From NCBI GenBank assembly GCA_040776945.1, contig JAXGZN010000001.1, forward strand, positions 576,001-640,000: a stretch of DNA of 64,000 nt. Reading direction: 5' to 3'. A model generated the notes under the pieces. That model did no database searches and was not told the origin of the DNA. It was given only the letters and a program-made list of their open reading frames with translations. This stretch comes from Methanomassiliicoccaceae archaeon. GTDB lineage: Archaea; Thermoplasmatota; Thermoplasmata; Methanomassiliicoccales; Methanomassiliicoccaceae. This document shows positions 38,461 through 47,949 of this stretch, one piece after another. Both the position numbers and the translations under genes were made by a program. Position 1 is the stretch's first letter, and the number at the start of each line of letters is the position of its first letter.

Positions 38461-38627
38461 AAAGAGCTATAATCTGAGAAAATAGAGATAGATATATCTG
38501 CAGTCAAGACACTAACTGGACTGCGCTACCGAATAGGGGGAAGTATAGTAAAAGGCCATTATCGCCCCTTATAAAAAGGGAATAGGTCTAAAAATATATT
38601 AGGCATTATAGTTTTGGGGTTGGACAT

Positions 38628-39299
38628 ATGAATAGCATCACAACCATTATAATTATCATAACCATAGGGCTAATAACAACCATCATAGGGCCGCTTAGCG
38701 CCCTAATCGCTGTGAAAAATGTTAATGCCCGTTACTCTAGAATAGTAAAAGAAATTGAAAAAAAAGTAGTGACTTCTGGGTACTTTGTTTATGGGGCACA
38801 AAGTAGACGAAAAACCATTCTTGGATTGTTTATGTGTGAAATGGTTGGATGGGCCTTATTAATCCTGATAATTCTCGTTGAATTCATGGACCCTTGGACC
38901 ACTGTTCAATTGATAGGAACGACATTAATCAGTCTGACCTTTATTTTTTTTATACCCGTGGCATCCGCCATTTTTCTGCTCATCACGGGTAGAAAGGTAT
39001 TGTTCATAAGTCCTCTCCAAATAGAGATATGGAAACACAAAAAAGAATTGACAATTAATATAAAGAGTATCGAATGGTCCAATATAAAGCGAGCATGGAT
39101 CAACCTGCCAAAATATTATGGCCTCGGAGGCAAAGATGGTTACATGCTGGTCTTGCTCTTAAGGCCTAAAGGCAGATTGATTATGTGGGGTGACTGGATT
39201 AATGTAAAATTGCTATTAAAAGACATTTTAAGGTACGCGACTTCAGCTGATTTTGGAGATTCGGAACTTTTTATCAGGAGAATGGCAAGAGATAATTAA
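38628..39299 (+). CDS. AT-rich orphan membrane protein (3 TM plus soluble C-terminal domain)
   Basis: Open 223-aa frame in strongly AT-rich DNA; hydrophobic helices then I.W.NI. Confidence 0.7.
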   Translation: MNSITTIIIIITIGLITTIIGPLSALIAVKNVNARYSRIVKEIEKKVVTSGYFVYGAQSRRKTILGLFMCEMVGWALLILIILVEFMDPWTTVQLIGTTLISLTFIFFIPVASAIFLLITGRKVLFISPLQIEIWKHKKELTINIKSIEWSNIKRAWINLPKYYGLGGKDGYMLVLLLRPKGRLIMWGDWINVKLLLKDILRYATSADFGDSELFIRRMARDN

Positions 39300-39517
39300 A
39301 CAAACGGGCCGTGACGTTAAACTCGAACCAAGCGAAGAAGGGCTAAAATAAGCTTGAATATTAATATTTAAGTTATGCCTAAGGCTGCTCACTTTATATA
39401 CAACTACCCAGGCGAGGCCATATGGTTGAATGCCACCGACATTCTAATGTAGAACGAAGTAACAAGAAAATGCGGACAATACAAGATCGATCTGTGGTCG
39501 CTCCGCGACCACTGGTA

Positions 39518-41184
39518 CCTGACCTCCCGACTTTTAGGCACTAACTTCCGTTGATCGCCTCACGGCCAGCATGCTTCACAGTGCTTTAATAGTACTATGC
39601 CTACATAGGCATAGTATATGAGGCCCTTCACCCGCGTCAAGAACATCAACGGCATCGATTACGTGTACGAGATCACGCCGTACTACGATGCCGCCACGAA
39701 GAAGACCAGGCAGCGGTCGAAGTACCTGGGCAAGCTGATCGACGGGGAGGCGAAGCGGGTTCGGAAGGCGCTGCCGCGCAATGCCTTCGATTACGGCGAT
39801 CTGCTGCCGGCGCTCAAGATCGTCCGGGACCTGGATCTCGATTCAATGCTGGACCGGCTGCTGCCGGAGGACAAGGCCAGGACCGCCCTGGCCTTGGCGG
39901 TGAACCGCGTGGTCGACCCCTGCTCGGTCAGCAACGTGAAGACATGGTATGAAAGAACGTTCCTCTCGAGAGAGTGGGGCGATCTTCCGCTGTCCTCGCA
40001 GACACTGAGCGACTTCTTCGCGGCGCTGGGAGGCAGCTCGATACCGGAGCAGTTCACCGAACTGCTCCTGGACAATGTCGGACGCCAGGGGCCGCTGCTG
40101 TACGACATCACCTCGTTCTCCTCCTCATCGAAGCTGCTGGAGACACTGGAGTACGGCCACAACCGTGACGGTGACGGACTTCCGCAGATGAATCTGTCGA
40201 TCATCGCCCACAAAACGCTCGGAATACCGCTGGGCTTCCAGACCTATCCAGGCTCCATCGCCGACGTCAGCACCATCAGGAACACCGTCGCGCTGCTTCG
40301 TTCCCTCGGACTGGACGCTCCGGTCCTCATCATGGACCGCGGTTTTTACTCTCAGTCGAACCTAGCCGACATCCTCTCCGCCGGATACGATTTCATCATG
40401 CCTGCGCCGATGCGGCTGGACGAAGCGAAGAGCATCGTCTCCAAGAGCCATGCGGAGATCGAGGACGCGGCCTACCTGCGCAAGCTGGAGAACGAGACCT
40501 TCTTCGTCAAGGAGGTGACGCTCCGGCTCGGCGAGCTGGACGTGGACGGCTACCTCTATTACGACCTCAGGCGGGAGCAGGAGGAGAAGACCTCCTTCTA
40601 CGAGTGGCTCGACCGCGTCAAGACCAGGCTGGAGTCGAGGGACGTTCGCCCCTGGCAGAGCCCCGCCAGGGTGTTCGAGGAGGAGGCGGGAGCGCTGGCA
40701 CAGTACTTCGGCTGGAAGCTGGACGGCCGCAGGTTCATCGTTGACGTCAAGAAGAAAGCGGTATCGGCCCGGCTGAACCGGGCCGGGAAGATGATCATCC
40801 TGCACTCCGGCCGGCACAGCTGGCAGGAGTGCCTGTCGTGGTCCCGGGAACGCGACATCATCGAGAAGATGTTCTATTCGTTGAAGAACGATCTGGCCTC
40901 CCTGCCGCTCAGAGCGCAGAAGGTCGATGTGGTCAAGGGAACGATCTTCGTGAACTTCGTGGCGCTGATCGTCCGGTCCAGGCTGCTGGCGCTGATGCGT
41001 TCGAGCGGCCTATGCCGTGACCACTCGCTCCCGTCCATCATGCTGGAGCTATCGAAGGTCCGAAGGATGGAGCTGCCGGACGGCAGCTTCGTCACCGGCG
41101 AGGTGACGAAGAGACAGCGCAAGATCATCGAGGCGTTGGAGCTCGACCTCGACCGACCATGTGCCTAAAACCCGGGAGGTCAGG
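39518..41184 (+). mobile_element. IS1634-family insertion sequence
   Basis: 24-bp TIRs: CCTGACCTCCCGACTTTTAGGCAC (39518-39541) versus the reverse complement of 41161-41184, 2 mismatches. No target-site duplication seen. Confidence 0.9.
39618..41168 (+). CDS. IS1634-family DDE transposase
   Basis: YLGK, YDITS, YGHNRD, PGSI.DV, MDRGFYS, R..IEK.F..LKN. Confidence 0.92.
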   Translation: MRPFTRVKNINGIDYVYEITPYYDAATKKTRQRSKYLGKLIDGEAKRVRKALPRNAFDYGDLLPALKIVRDLDLDSMLDRLLPEDKARTALALAVNRVVDPCSVSNVKTWYERTFLSREWGDLPLSSQTLSDFFAALGGSSIPEQFTELLLDNVGRQGPLLYDITSFSSSSKLLETLEYGHNRDGDGLPQMNLSIIAHKTLGIPLGFQTYPGSIADVSTIRNTVALLRSLGLDAPVLIMDRGFYSQSNLADILSAGYDFIMPAPMRLDEAKSIVSKSHAEIEDAAYLRKLENETFFVKEVTLRLGELDVDGYLYYDLRREQEEKTSFYEWLDRVKTRLESRDVRPWQSPARVFEEEAGALAQYFGWKLDGRRFIVDVKKKAVSARLNRAGKMIILHSGRHSWQECLSWSRERDIIEKMFYSLKNDLASLPLRAQKVDVVKGTIFVNFVALIVRSRLLALMRSSGLCRDHSLPSIMLELSKVRRMELPDGSFVTGEVTKRQRKIIEALELDLDRPCA

Positions 41185-41487
41185 TTTTGAGTCCGAACTT
41201 GGCCACCGACGGAGCTGAAGCTGACCGCTATGTCAGATCATACCCCACCGACTGCCTCGCCCTCCTCCCCAGAGGATTGCCTATAATCTATTGGTCAATA
41301 TTTAATACCGACCATGGTGTAACAGAATGGTTAATAATTAGTAATTACAAATTTTAAAATTATTCAATCAGAAAAGTATGTTCGTTTCAATCGTAGATCT
41401 TCTTTCAATGAGCCAATTATGTGCATATTACTTAGGCTCATGAGATAGTACTTAACAAAGAAATGGGCATCAAATAACCGCGGCGAG

Positions 41488-42615
41488 GTGGCGCGAAAAA
41501 ATCAAGCTTCACTGCATCATAGTGGCCGATGCACACTACCTGCGCCATTTTATAAGGGAAAGGGCGACATCAGTAAAATCGAGACCAGCGACACCTACGC
41601 CTACCTCGCCGACGCTCTCGGCTCGTCGAGGTTCGTGCTCCGGAACGGCGTCCACGACGTGGCGAGCGTCTCTTACTACGCGCTAACTTACGAGCCGTTC
41701 GGCGAGGCCGTAGCGTCGTCCGGCTTCGACCGCCTGACCTTCGCCTCCGAGGTCCGGGACAGCACCGGTCTCGTGTACCTGGGAGCGAGATACTACGATC
41801 CCGAGCTCGGACGGTTCTACGCTCTAGATCCACTGATCGGTTCATCGGCGAACCCACAGACCTTGGACCGGTACGTGTACTGCGCCAACAGCCCGCTGAT
41901 ACACACTGATCCGCGCGGGATGGTGTTTAATCTGATTGCTGGTGCGGTTGGGGCAGTTGTTGGGGGCGTAATTGGGGGCGTAGTTGCAGGAGTATCAGGA
42001 GGGGATGTCCTAGCGGGAGCTTTAGGGGGGGCCGTTGGAGGAGCAATGGCCGGAGTAACATGTGGCGCTAGCCTTCTGGTAGCTGGCGCGGTCAGTGGTG
42101 GCGTCACATCGTTTACTACCAGCATGATTGAAACTGGCGGCGACCTTCAAAAATCTACTGCTGACGCGATAGTTGGAGGAGTTATTGGCGGCGTTACTGG
42201 TGGTATTGGAGGAGCGATTGTGGGGAAAATGGCGACACGATCAATTGTAACGTCACGTCTAGCTTCTCATTTTGATGATGCGGTCAAGGGTGTGGAGCTA
42301 TCTGATGATGTGATTAAGGCCGCACAGAGCACAAGGGGGTATAATCGGGTGGGTACAGCATTGCATAATTATATGGAAAAGCAAATAGGGAATGATCGTG
42401 TCCTAAAATACAGTATCCAAACGCCAGAAAAAAAAGGTGCAGTACAAATTGTGAGATATCCGGATGCCAAGATTATAAAAGATAACTATTGGTACGACTG
42501 GACAACCAACAGTCCAAAGCAAATCAATAACCATATGAATCGATATGCTGATTTTGGCAAAGGGAAATTATTCCTATATGATGTTAGGGACATAATGTCA
42601 AGATATCGGAAGTAG
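41488..42615 (+). CDS. Orphan RHS-core protein with glycine zipper and C-terminal toxin domain
   Basis: YLADALGS, YEPFG, GLVYLGARYYDPELGRF..LDP, Y.YC.NSP...TDPRG; GxxxG run; variable AT-rich C-terminus. No YD repeats or clear native start. Confidence 0.88.
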   Translation: MARKNQASLHHSGRCTLPAPFYKGKGDISKIETSDTYAYLADALGSSRFVLRNGVHDVASVSYYALTYEPFGEAVASSGFDRLTFASEVRDSTGLVYLGARYYDPELGRFYALDPLIGSSANPQTLDRYVYCANSPLIHTDPRGMVFNLIAGAVGAVVGGVIGGVVAGVSGGDVLAGALGGAVGGAMAGVTCGASLLVAGAVSGGVTSFTTSMIETGGDLQKSTADAIVGGVIGGVTGGIGGAIVGKMATRSIVTSRLASHFDDAVKGVELSDDVIKAAQSTRGYNRVGTALHNYMEKQIGNDRVLKYSIQTPEKKGAVQIVRYPDAKIIKDNYWYDWTTNSPKQINNHMNRYADFGKGKLFLYDVRDIMSRYRK

Positions 42616-42641
42616 AAAAATAAATGGAGCATCTGGAGTAA

Positions 42642-43634
42642 ATGGATGAGGAAATAATAAGACAACGAGAGAAAATTGTTAAAAAACTCATTAAAAGGAG
42701 GCGGATGAAAGAACTAGAAGAACTATTGAACTATGTCGAAGGTCGCCACAATCTTAGATGCTTTCCCTTTAACAATGTCGAGTCAAAATGTCAAACAGTA
42801 CGTTTCAAGGATTCCACATATGAGATTGTACAAAAAACATCCTATAAGAAAGTAAAATTCGATTCATATGATTTTTCTCATGCGGATTTCAATCACACCA
42901 TATGGGATTATGTCAAGTTTAACAACTGTTTGTTTGACAAAACAAGGATATTCAATGCAATATTTAGTGGATGTACATTTTCGAATTCTACCTTCATTGA
43001 TTGTGAGCTAACACACACTCTGTTGGGAGGTAGCAAACCATTAGATTATGGATTGTTTATCAATACTATTTTTCGTGGTGGTTCAATCAATTCCTGCCAT
43101 TTTGACTACCCACTTTTTAAAAAATGTATATTCGAATGCAATATCTCCGACGTAAATTTTGGAGGAACCCAGTTCGTCGATTGTACTTTCACTGGACGAC
43201 TAAATGAAGTGATATTTCATGGGTATTCAAAGCCAGGAACTTCCAATAGCCTATTTAGAAACATGGATATACCAAGGAACGACATGTTAAACGTGGACTT
43301 CTCTCAGGCATATTTCGATGGTTATAGCTTCTTGGGAGGAATCGAATTCACTAATATTGCCTTGCCCAAATCAAATAGATTACTGCTTATAAAAAAAGGT
43401 CCAAAAGTGATGAATCTAGTACGTAATACTATCGAAAACGAGTGGGACGGTGAAGATAAAAGAATTGGATTACGATGCATCGACATCGAGTCAGAAAAAA
43501 TATTTGGAGGGCAAACTCAGTTACTCCATAGTGTTGATGAGAATTCGAAACATTATGGTGAATCCTTTGCCATGAAGTTAGCGTCCCTTATTATTCAAAC
43601 ACAACAAAGAGTGAACAAGGAAGATGATGGGTGA
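42642..43634 (+). CDS. Pentapeptide-repeat protein, candidate immunity protein
   Basis: F-spaced five-residue periodicity (DFSHA DFNHT, IFSGC TFSNS TFIDC); starts 26 nt after the toxin stop. Confidence 0.8.
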   Translation: MDEEIIRQREKIVKKLIKRRRMKELEELLNYVEGRHNLRCFPFNNVESKCQTVRFKDSTYEIVQKTSYKKVKFDSYDFSHADFNHTIWDYVKFNNCLFDKTRIFNAIFSGCTFSNSTFIDCELTHTLLGGSKPLDYGLFINTIFRGGSINSCHFDYPLFKKCIFECNISDVNFGGTQFVDCTFTGRLNEVIFHGYSKPGTSNSLFRNMDIPRNDMLNVDFSQAYFDGYSFLGGIEFTNIALPKSNRLLLIKKGPKVMNLVRNTIENEWDGEDKRIGLRCIDIESEKIFGGQTQLLHSVDENSKHYGESFAMKLASLIIQTQQRVNKEDDG

Positions 43635-43650
43635 GTTTTGTAGCAAAGCA

Positions 43651-44586
43651 ACTCTGTTGACTAAATATCCTGCAAACACTAGGCAGTTGTACGCAATGAA
43701 CGTGTACTGCACCTCGAGCAACAATACGTCGCTGCGCTACGAACGCAACGCTTTTCTCCGAGAACTCTCTTGATCACTGAGAACACGATTTCCACTCTCC
43801 ACCGCAGCCGATACACGCGACGCTCCTTCCATACGAACTTAACGAAGAATCGCCGCTTCATGGCCGCCGCGTATTGTCCTGTAAGATATGCTTGGGAATG
43901 ACGGGGCCTTCCTCATCTTGATGCCGGCGTCGATGTTCTGCGAAGCGGCGAAAAAATATTTTCCGCGAGTCGTAAGCGCTGTCCGCGAGCATGCGGATGA
44001 TACACCATGGCAGCGTGCTCGCTGCCTTACGAATGGTGATAAGAGGAACCGCCGGTCAGGAGAGCTTTTATTCAAAACGATGACTATGCCGACTGATACG
44101 GTGCCGTATCGACCACGACGCGCAACTTGATGCCGATCAAGTTATTCGCCATAATGAGCTCTCGACCTCGCGGAGGAACGACCGGCTCCACCTTCCCCTT
44201 GCTCAGACACTTCCACAGAGTGCCAGGTTCGAGCTTCGAACCCGAGCGCCGCACCGAGAGTGCGCAGCTCGCCCTGCGCCACTATTAACGATAAAAGCCA
44301 GGACATCGCGCTGCAAGCGAACGAAGCGAACCAGCAAGCGAGGAAAGCAGTACGGTCGACCTTTCTTACCCAAGTAAATCTCGTCGAGTTCGCTTCGCCA
44401 AGAGGCAATCCATGAGAGGCCGTTTTCGATCTCTTCTGAGGTATTGCTCGGTCAACCGTCCCCAATCTCTTTGTACCGTGTGCTCAAATCTAGAACTGTC
44501 TGGTATGGTTCTCTACGAACCCGACGTGCCAGCGCATGTCGGTTAATAGTATGCCAGAAAATTTAAGCTACTTTAATCAACAAAGC
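43651..44586 (-). mobile_element. Degenerate IS5-family (IS903-group-like) element
   Basis: Fragments YRLRWRVEIVFSVIKR and IDAGIKMRK. Imperfect ends ACTCTGTTGACTAAA (43651) and TTTAATCAACAAAGC (44572-44586), 12 of 15 complementary. Confidence 0.7.
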
Positions 44587-44759
44587 ACAAGCTGTGCAAG
44601 GTGTTGAGCGACACAGTACCGAGCGATAGGTTCGATCAAGATGCACGTTCTTTCTGCTCGCCATATACGTGAGATGGCATCCAATCGGCCCACTTTTTTC
44701 AATAGCAAGACTATTGCAGTTTCACCCTTGATCCCGCCACGCTTTTCTTAAACCGATAG

Positions 44760-45190
44760 AAGCTGCGCTTCGACCTCTCGCCCCAGGGCCGGTCGGTCAT
44801 CGTCAACGCCGCGGTCAGGCCGTCCTTGGCCATCGCCGACGACATCCGGCCGGCCGAGGAGCAGACCAGGCTCAACCGGAGCTTCCTCCTTGGGGAGCTG
44901 TGGGCCAGCGTGGAGGGCGTCGCCGCCACCAAGAGCCGTGAGAAGCTCGTCACCGCGCAGAAGGAACTCGAGGCGAAGCAAGCGGAGGCGTCCAAGAAGC
45001 TGCCCAAGGTGCTGATCAGGTTCGGGCTGATGGAGCTCGGCTTCTGGGTAGTATTGCTCCTTTTCCTCATCTACTTCCTGGAGATGGAGTTCGATACCAC
45101 CATGTGGGCGCTGATCGCGATCCTGTTCCTCGGCTCAGGGACCATGAACGCATGGGGCCTGCTGAGGATGTGGAGGCAGAAGCGGGCGGA
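44760..45190 (+). pseudogene. 5'-truncated membrane-protein gene fragment, in frame with hypB
   Basis: Begins at the AT-to-GC shift after TAG 44757. KLRFDLSP...RLNRSFLLGELW, a coiled coil and two TMs. Confidence 0.6.
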
Positions 45191-45275
45191 CGCGTATCTC
45201 TTGACGTACGCACCTTCGCTCCCGGCAGACGCTGCCGGGGCAATCGTTATTAGTTCCGAGCCCACTTCGCGCCTC

Positions 45276-45932
45276 GTGCATAAGGTATCTGACATCTCCA
45301 TCGAGACCGACGTTCTAGCGGAGAACCGCAAGCTTGGCCACGAGAACCATCACCGGCTCCGGGCCCACGGCATCCGCTCACTGGACGTCATGGGCGCCAT
45401 CGGCTCCGGGAAGACGCTGCTCATCCAGAAGATGGCGGTGCGCATGATGGAGAAGGGCCTCAAGGTCGCGGTCCTCGCCGGTGACCTCACCGGCCAAGAT
45501 GATTTCGACCGCTTCCGGAAGGCCGGCGTCGCCGCCGTCAATGTCAACACCGGCAAGGAATGTCACCTCGACGCGCACCTCGTCGACCATGCTCTCGACA
45601 AGCTCGACCTTGACGATCTGGACTTCCTGTTCATCGAGAACGTAGGCAACCTCGTATGTCCGGCGGACTTCCCCCTGGGCACCGACCAGCGGATGGTCGT
45701 CATCTCCGTCACCGAGGGCGATGACATGGTGCGCAAGCAGCCTGGCATATTCATCGAGTCGGACATCGCCGTGCTCAACAAGATCGACCTGTTGCCGTTC
45801 ATGGACGTCGACACCTCGCTCATGGACCGCGATTACGCCAAGGTGAAGAAGGGCGCCAAGCTCTACCGTACCAGCGCCAAGACCGGCGAGGGTTTGGACG
45901 AACTGTTCAAGGCGCTCAACATCCAGGTATGA
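45276..45932 (+). CDS. hypB: Hydrogenase nickel-incorporation GTPase HypB
   Basis: GAIGSGKT, NTGKECHLDAH, ENVGNLVCPADF, SVTEGDD, NKID. GTG start lies about 24 nt after TTATTA. Confidence 0.95.
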   Translation: MHKVSDISIETDVLAENRKLGHENHHRLRAHGIRSLDVMGAIGSGKTLLIQKMAVRMMEKGLKVAVLAGDLTGQDDFDRFRKAGVAAVNVNTGKECHLDAHLVDHALDKLDLDDLDFLFIENVGNLVCPADFPLGTDQRMVVISVTEGDDMVRKQPGIFIESDIAVLNKIDLLPFMDVDTSLMDRDYAKVKKGAKLYRTSAKTGEGLDELFKALNIQV

Positions 45933-45974
45933 GAACCAAGTTATTAGTAGCCTCGTCCTTTACCCTAGCGAGGC

Positions 45975-47303
45975 ATGTCCATGAAGGTCCTTGTAGTAGG
46001 CGGGGGAGGGCGCGAGCACGCCATCGCCTCGGCCCTGGCTTCCAGCGGTTCGACGGTTTACGCGGCGATGAGGAACCGCAACCCCGGCATCGCCAAGCTG
46101 GCGAAGGAGTTCAAGCTGGTCAAGGAGACCGACGTGAGCGCTGTCGTCGATTTCGCCCTGTCCATGGGCGTGGAGATGGCCGTGATCGGCCCGGAGGCGC
46201 CGCTGGAGGTGGGACTGGCGGACGCGCTTATCTCCAAGGACGTTCGATGCGTAGGGCCGAGCAAGGCCGCGGCGCGCCTCGAGATCTCCAAGTCCTTCAC
46301 CCGGGCGCTGATGCGCAGGCACCAAGTCCCGGGCAACATCGACTTCGCGGTCTTCGATGACCTCGCGTCGGCACGCAAGTTCGTCATGGACAACGACCGG
46401 GACATGGTCGTGAAGCCGGTCGGCCTCACTGGCGGGAAGGGCGTCAAGGTCATGGGCGAACACCTCCTGAGCAAGGAGGACACCATCCGCTATCTCGAGG
46501 AGATATTCGAACACCATATCGGCGGTGGCGGGGTAGTCCTCGAAGAAAAGCTGGTGGGCGAGGAGTTCACCCTGCAGGCGTTCTGCGACGGCAAGGTCGT
46601 CGTCCCCATGCCCCTGGTGCAGGACCATAAGCGCGCCTACGAGGGCGATGTGGGACCGAACACCGGCGGCATGGGCTCGTACTCTCAGCAAGATCACCTT
46701 CTCCCGTTCGTCACCGCCCGGGAGCGCGATGCGGCGCTGGACATCATGCGTCGCACCGTCGAAGCGATGCGGTCCGAGGGCCACGAGTACCGCGGCATCC
46801 TGTACGGGCAGTTCATGAACACCCGGGACGGACCGCGGGTCATCGAGTTCAACGCCAGGTTCGGCGATCCGGAGGCGATGAACGTGCTGTCCATAATCTC
46901 GGGATCGTTCACCGAGGTGTGCGACGGGGTAGCGAGCGGCAACCTCTCGCCGTCGAAGGTCTCGTTCCTGGACAAGGCCACGGTATGCAAGTATGTCGTC
47001 CCGCGCGGCTATGGCACCGAGCCCGCCGCCGGCAGGCCGGTGCAGGTTGACGAGAAGGCCATCGCCAGGCTGGGCGCTCGAGCTTACTACGCCATGGTCA
47101 GCGAGGAGGGCGGGAAGGTCCTTACGACGACGTCCCGCGCGGTCGGCGTCGTAGGCATCGGCGACACCATCGAAGCGGCGGAGAAGGTATGCGAGAGGGC
47201 GCTAACCCACGTCACGGGAGAGGCGCTGTTCGTCCGCCACGACATCGGCCGCCCGGAGGTCATCCGCAAGCGGGTCGAGCACATGGCCCGGGTGCGAAGC
47301 TAG
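45975..47303 (+). CDS. purD: Phosphoribosylamine-glycine ligase
   Basis: GGGGREHA, GPEAPL, GGKGV, QDHKR, GPNTGGMG, EFNARFGDPE. Confidence 0.97.
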   Translation: MSMKVLVVGGGGREHAIASALASSGSTVYAAMRNRNPGIAKLAKEFKLVKETDVSAVVDFALSMGVEMAVIGPEAPLEVGLADALISKDVRCVGPSKAAARLEISKSFTRALMRRHQVPGNIDFAVFDDLASARKFVMDNDRDMVVKPVGLTGGKGVKVMGEHLLSKEDTIRYLEEIFEHHIGGGGVVLEEKLVGEEFTLQAFCDGKVVVPMPLVQDHKRAYEGDVGPNTGGMGSYSQQDHLLPFVTARERDAALDIMRRTVEAMRSEGHEYRGILYGQFMNTRDGPRVIEFNARFGDPEAMNVLSIISGSFTEVCDGVASGNLSPSKVSFLDKATVCKYVVPRGYGTEPAAGRPVQVDEKAIARLGARAYYAMVSEEGGKVLTTTSRAVGVVGIGDTIEAAEKVCERALTHVTGEALFVRHDIGRPEVIRKRVEHMARVRS

Positions 47304-47325
47304 AAGTACGGACGGAGGCGATGAT

Positions 47326-47949
47326 GTGTCCATGAAGAACCTGGAAGAGATCGCACAGCGCATCGAATCCAGACTGGAAGAGAAGGACCAAGTGAGGGAG
47401 ATCGCCATCAAGTCCTCCCGGGCGGTCAATAGGCTCTCGGGCGGCATCGTTCATCTCATCCACAAGGGCGAGGACGTCAAGCCCCAGATGCACGAGGCCA
47501 TCGACGAGGCTCATCGCCTGCGCTCCTTGCTTGAGGATTATCCGGAGATCTGGGAATCTGGACTGGTCGAAGGCGCGCTGCAGGAGCTGGCGGAGGCCGC
47601 GATCCTCCTGGCGCTGGTGCGCGACGAGGAACTGCCGGACCCCGATGACATGGGCATCACCGGCAACGCCTACATCCTGGGCATGGCCGATGCCATCGGC
47701 GAACTGCGGAGGTTCGCCCTGGAGAAGCTGAGGGAGGGCGACGTAGATCGCGCGACGACCTATCTGGACATGATGGAGGAGATGTTCCTGGTCATCATGC
47801 GGTTCGATTTCCCGGACGCTCTGATCCCGATACGCAGGAAGCAGGACGTGGCCCGCTCGCTGGTGGAGAAGACGCGGGGCGACATTGCCGTGGCGGTTTA
47901 CTCGTCCCGACTGCAGAGCAAGCTGGACGAGCTGTCCAGGAAGCTCTGA
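47326..47949 (+). CDS. Translin-family protein
   Basis: RE..IK.SR, QELAEA, YILG.AD.IGELRR, RRKQD.AR..VEKT. Confidence 0.88.
   Translation: MSMKNLEEIAQRIESRLEEKDQVREIAIKSSRAVNRLSGGIVHLIHKGEDVKPQMHEAIDEAHRLRSLLEDYPEIWESGLVEGALQELAEAAILLALVRDEELPDPDDMGITGNAYILGMADAIGELRRFALEKLREGDVDRATTYLDMMEEMFLVIMRFDFPDALIPIRRKQDVARSLVEKTRGDIAVAVYSSRLQSKLDELSRKL

Noticed and set aside
39494-39512. Hairpin GTGGTCGC-TCC-GCGACCAC just outside the IS1634 left end
   Set aside because: A single hairpin with no partner end or tnpA/tnpB gene, so no function can be assigned.
41185-41487. AT-rich stretch between IS1634 and the RHS core, possibly a remnant of another immunity gene
   Set aside because: Multiple stops and no recognisable homology by eye.
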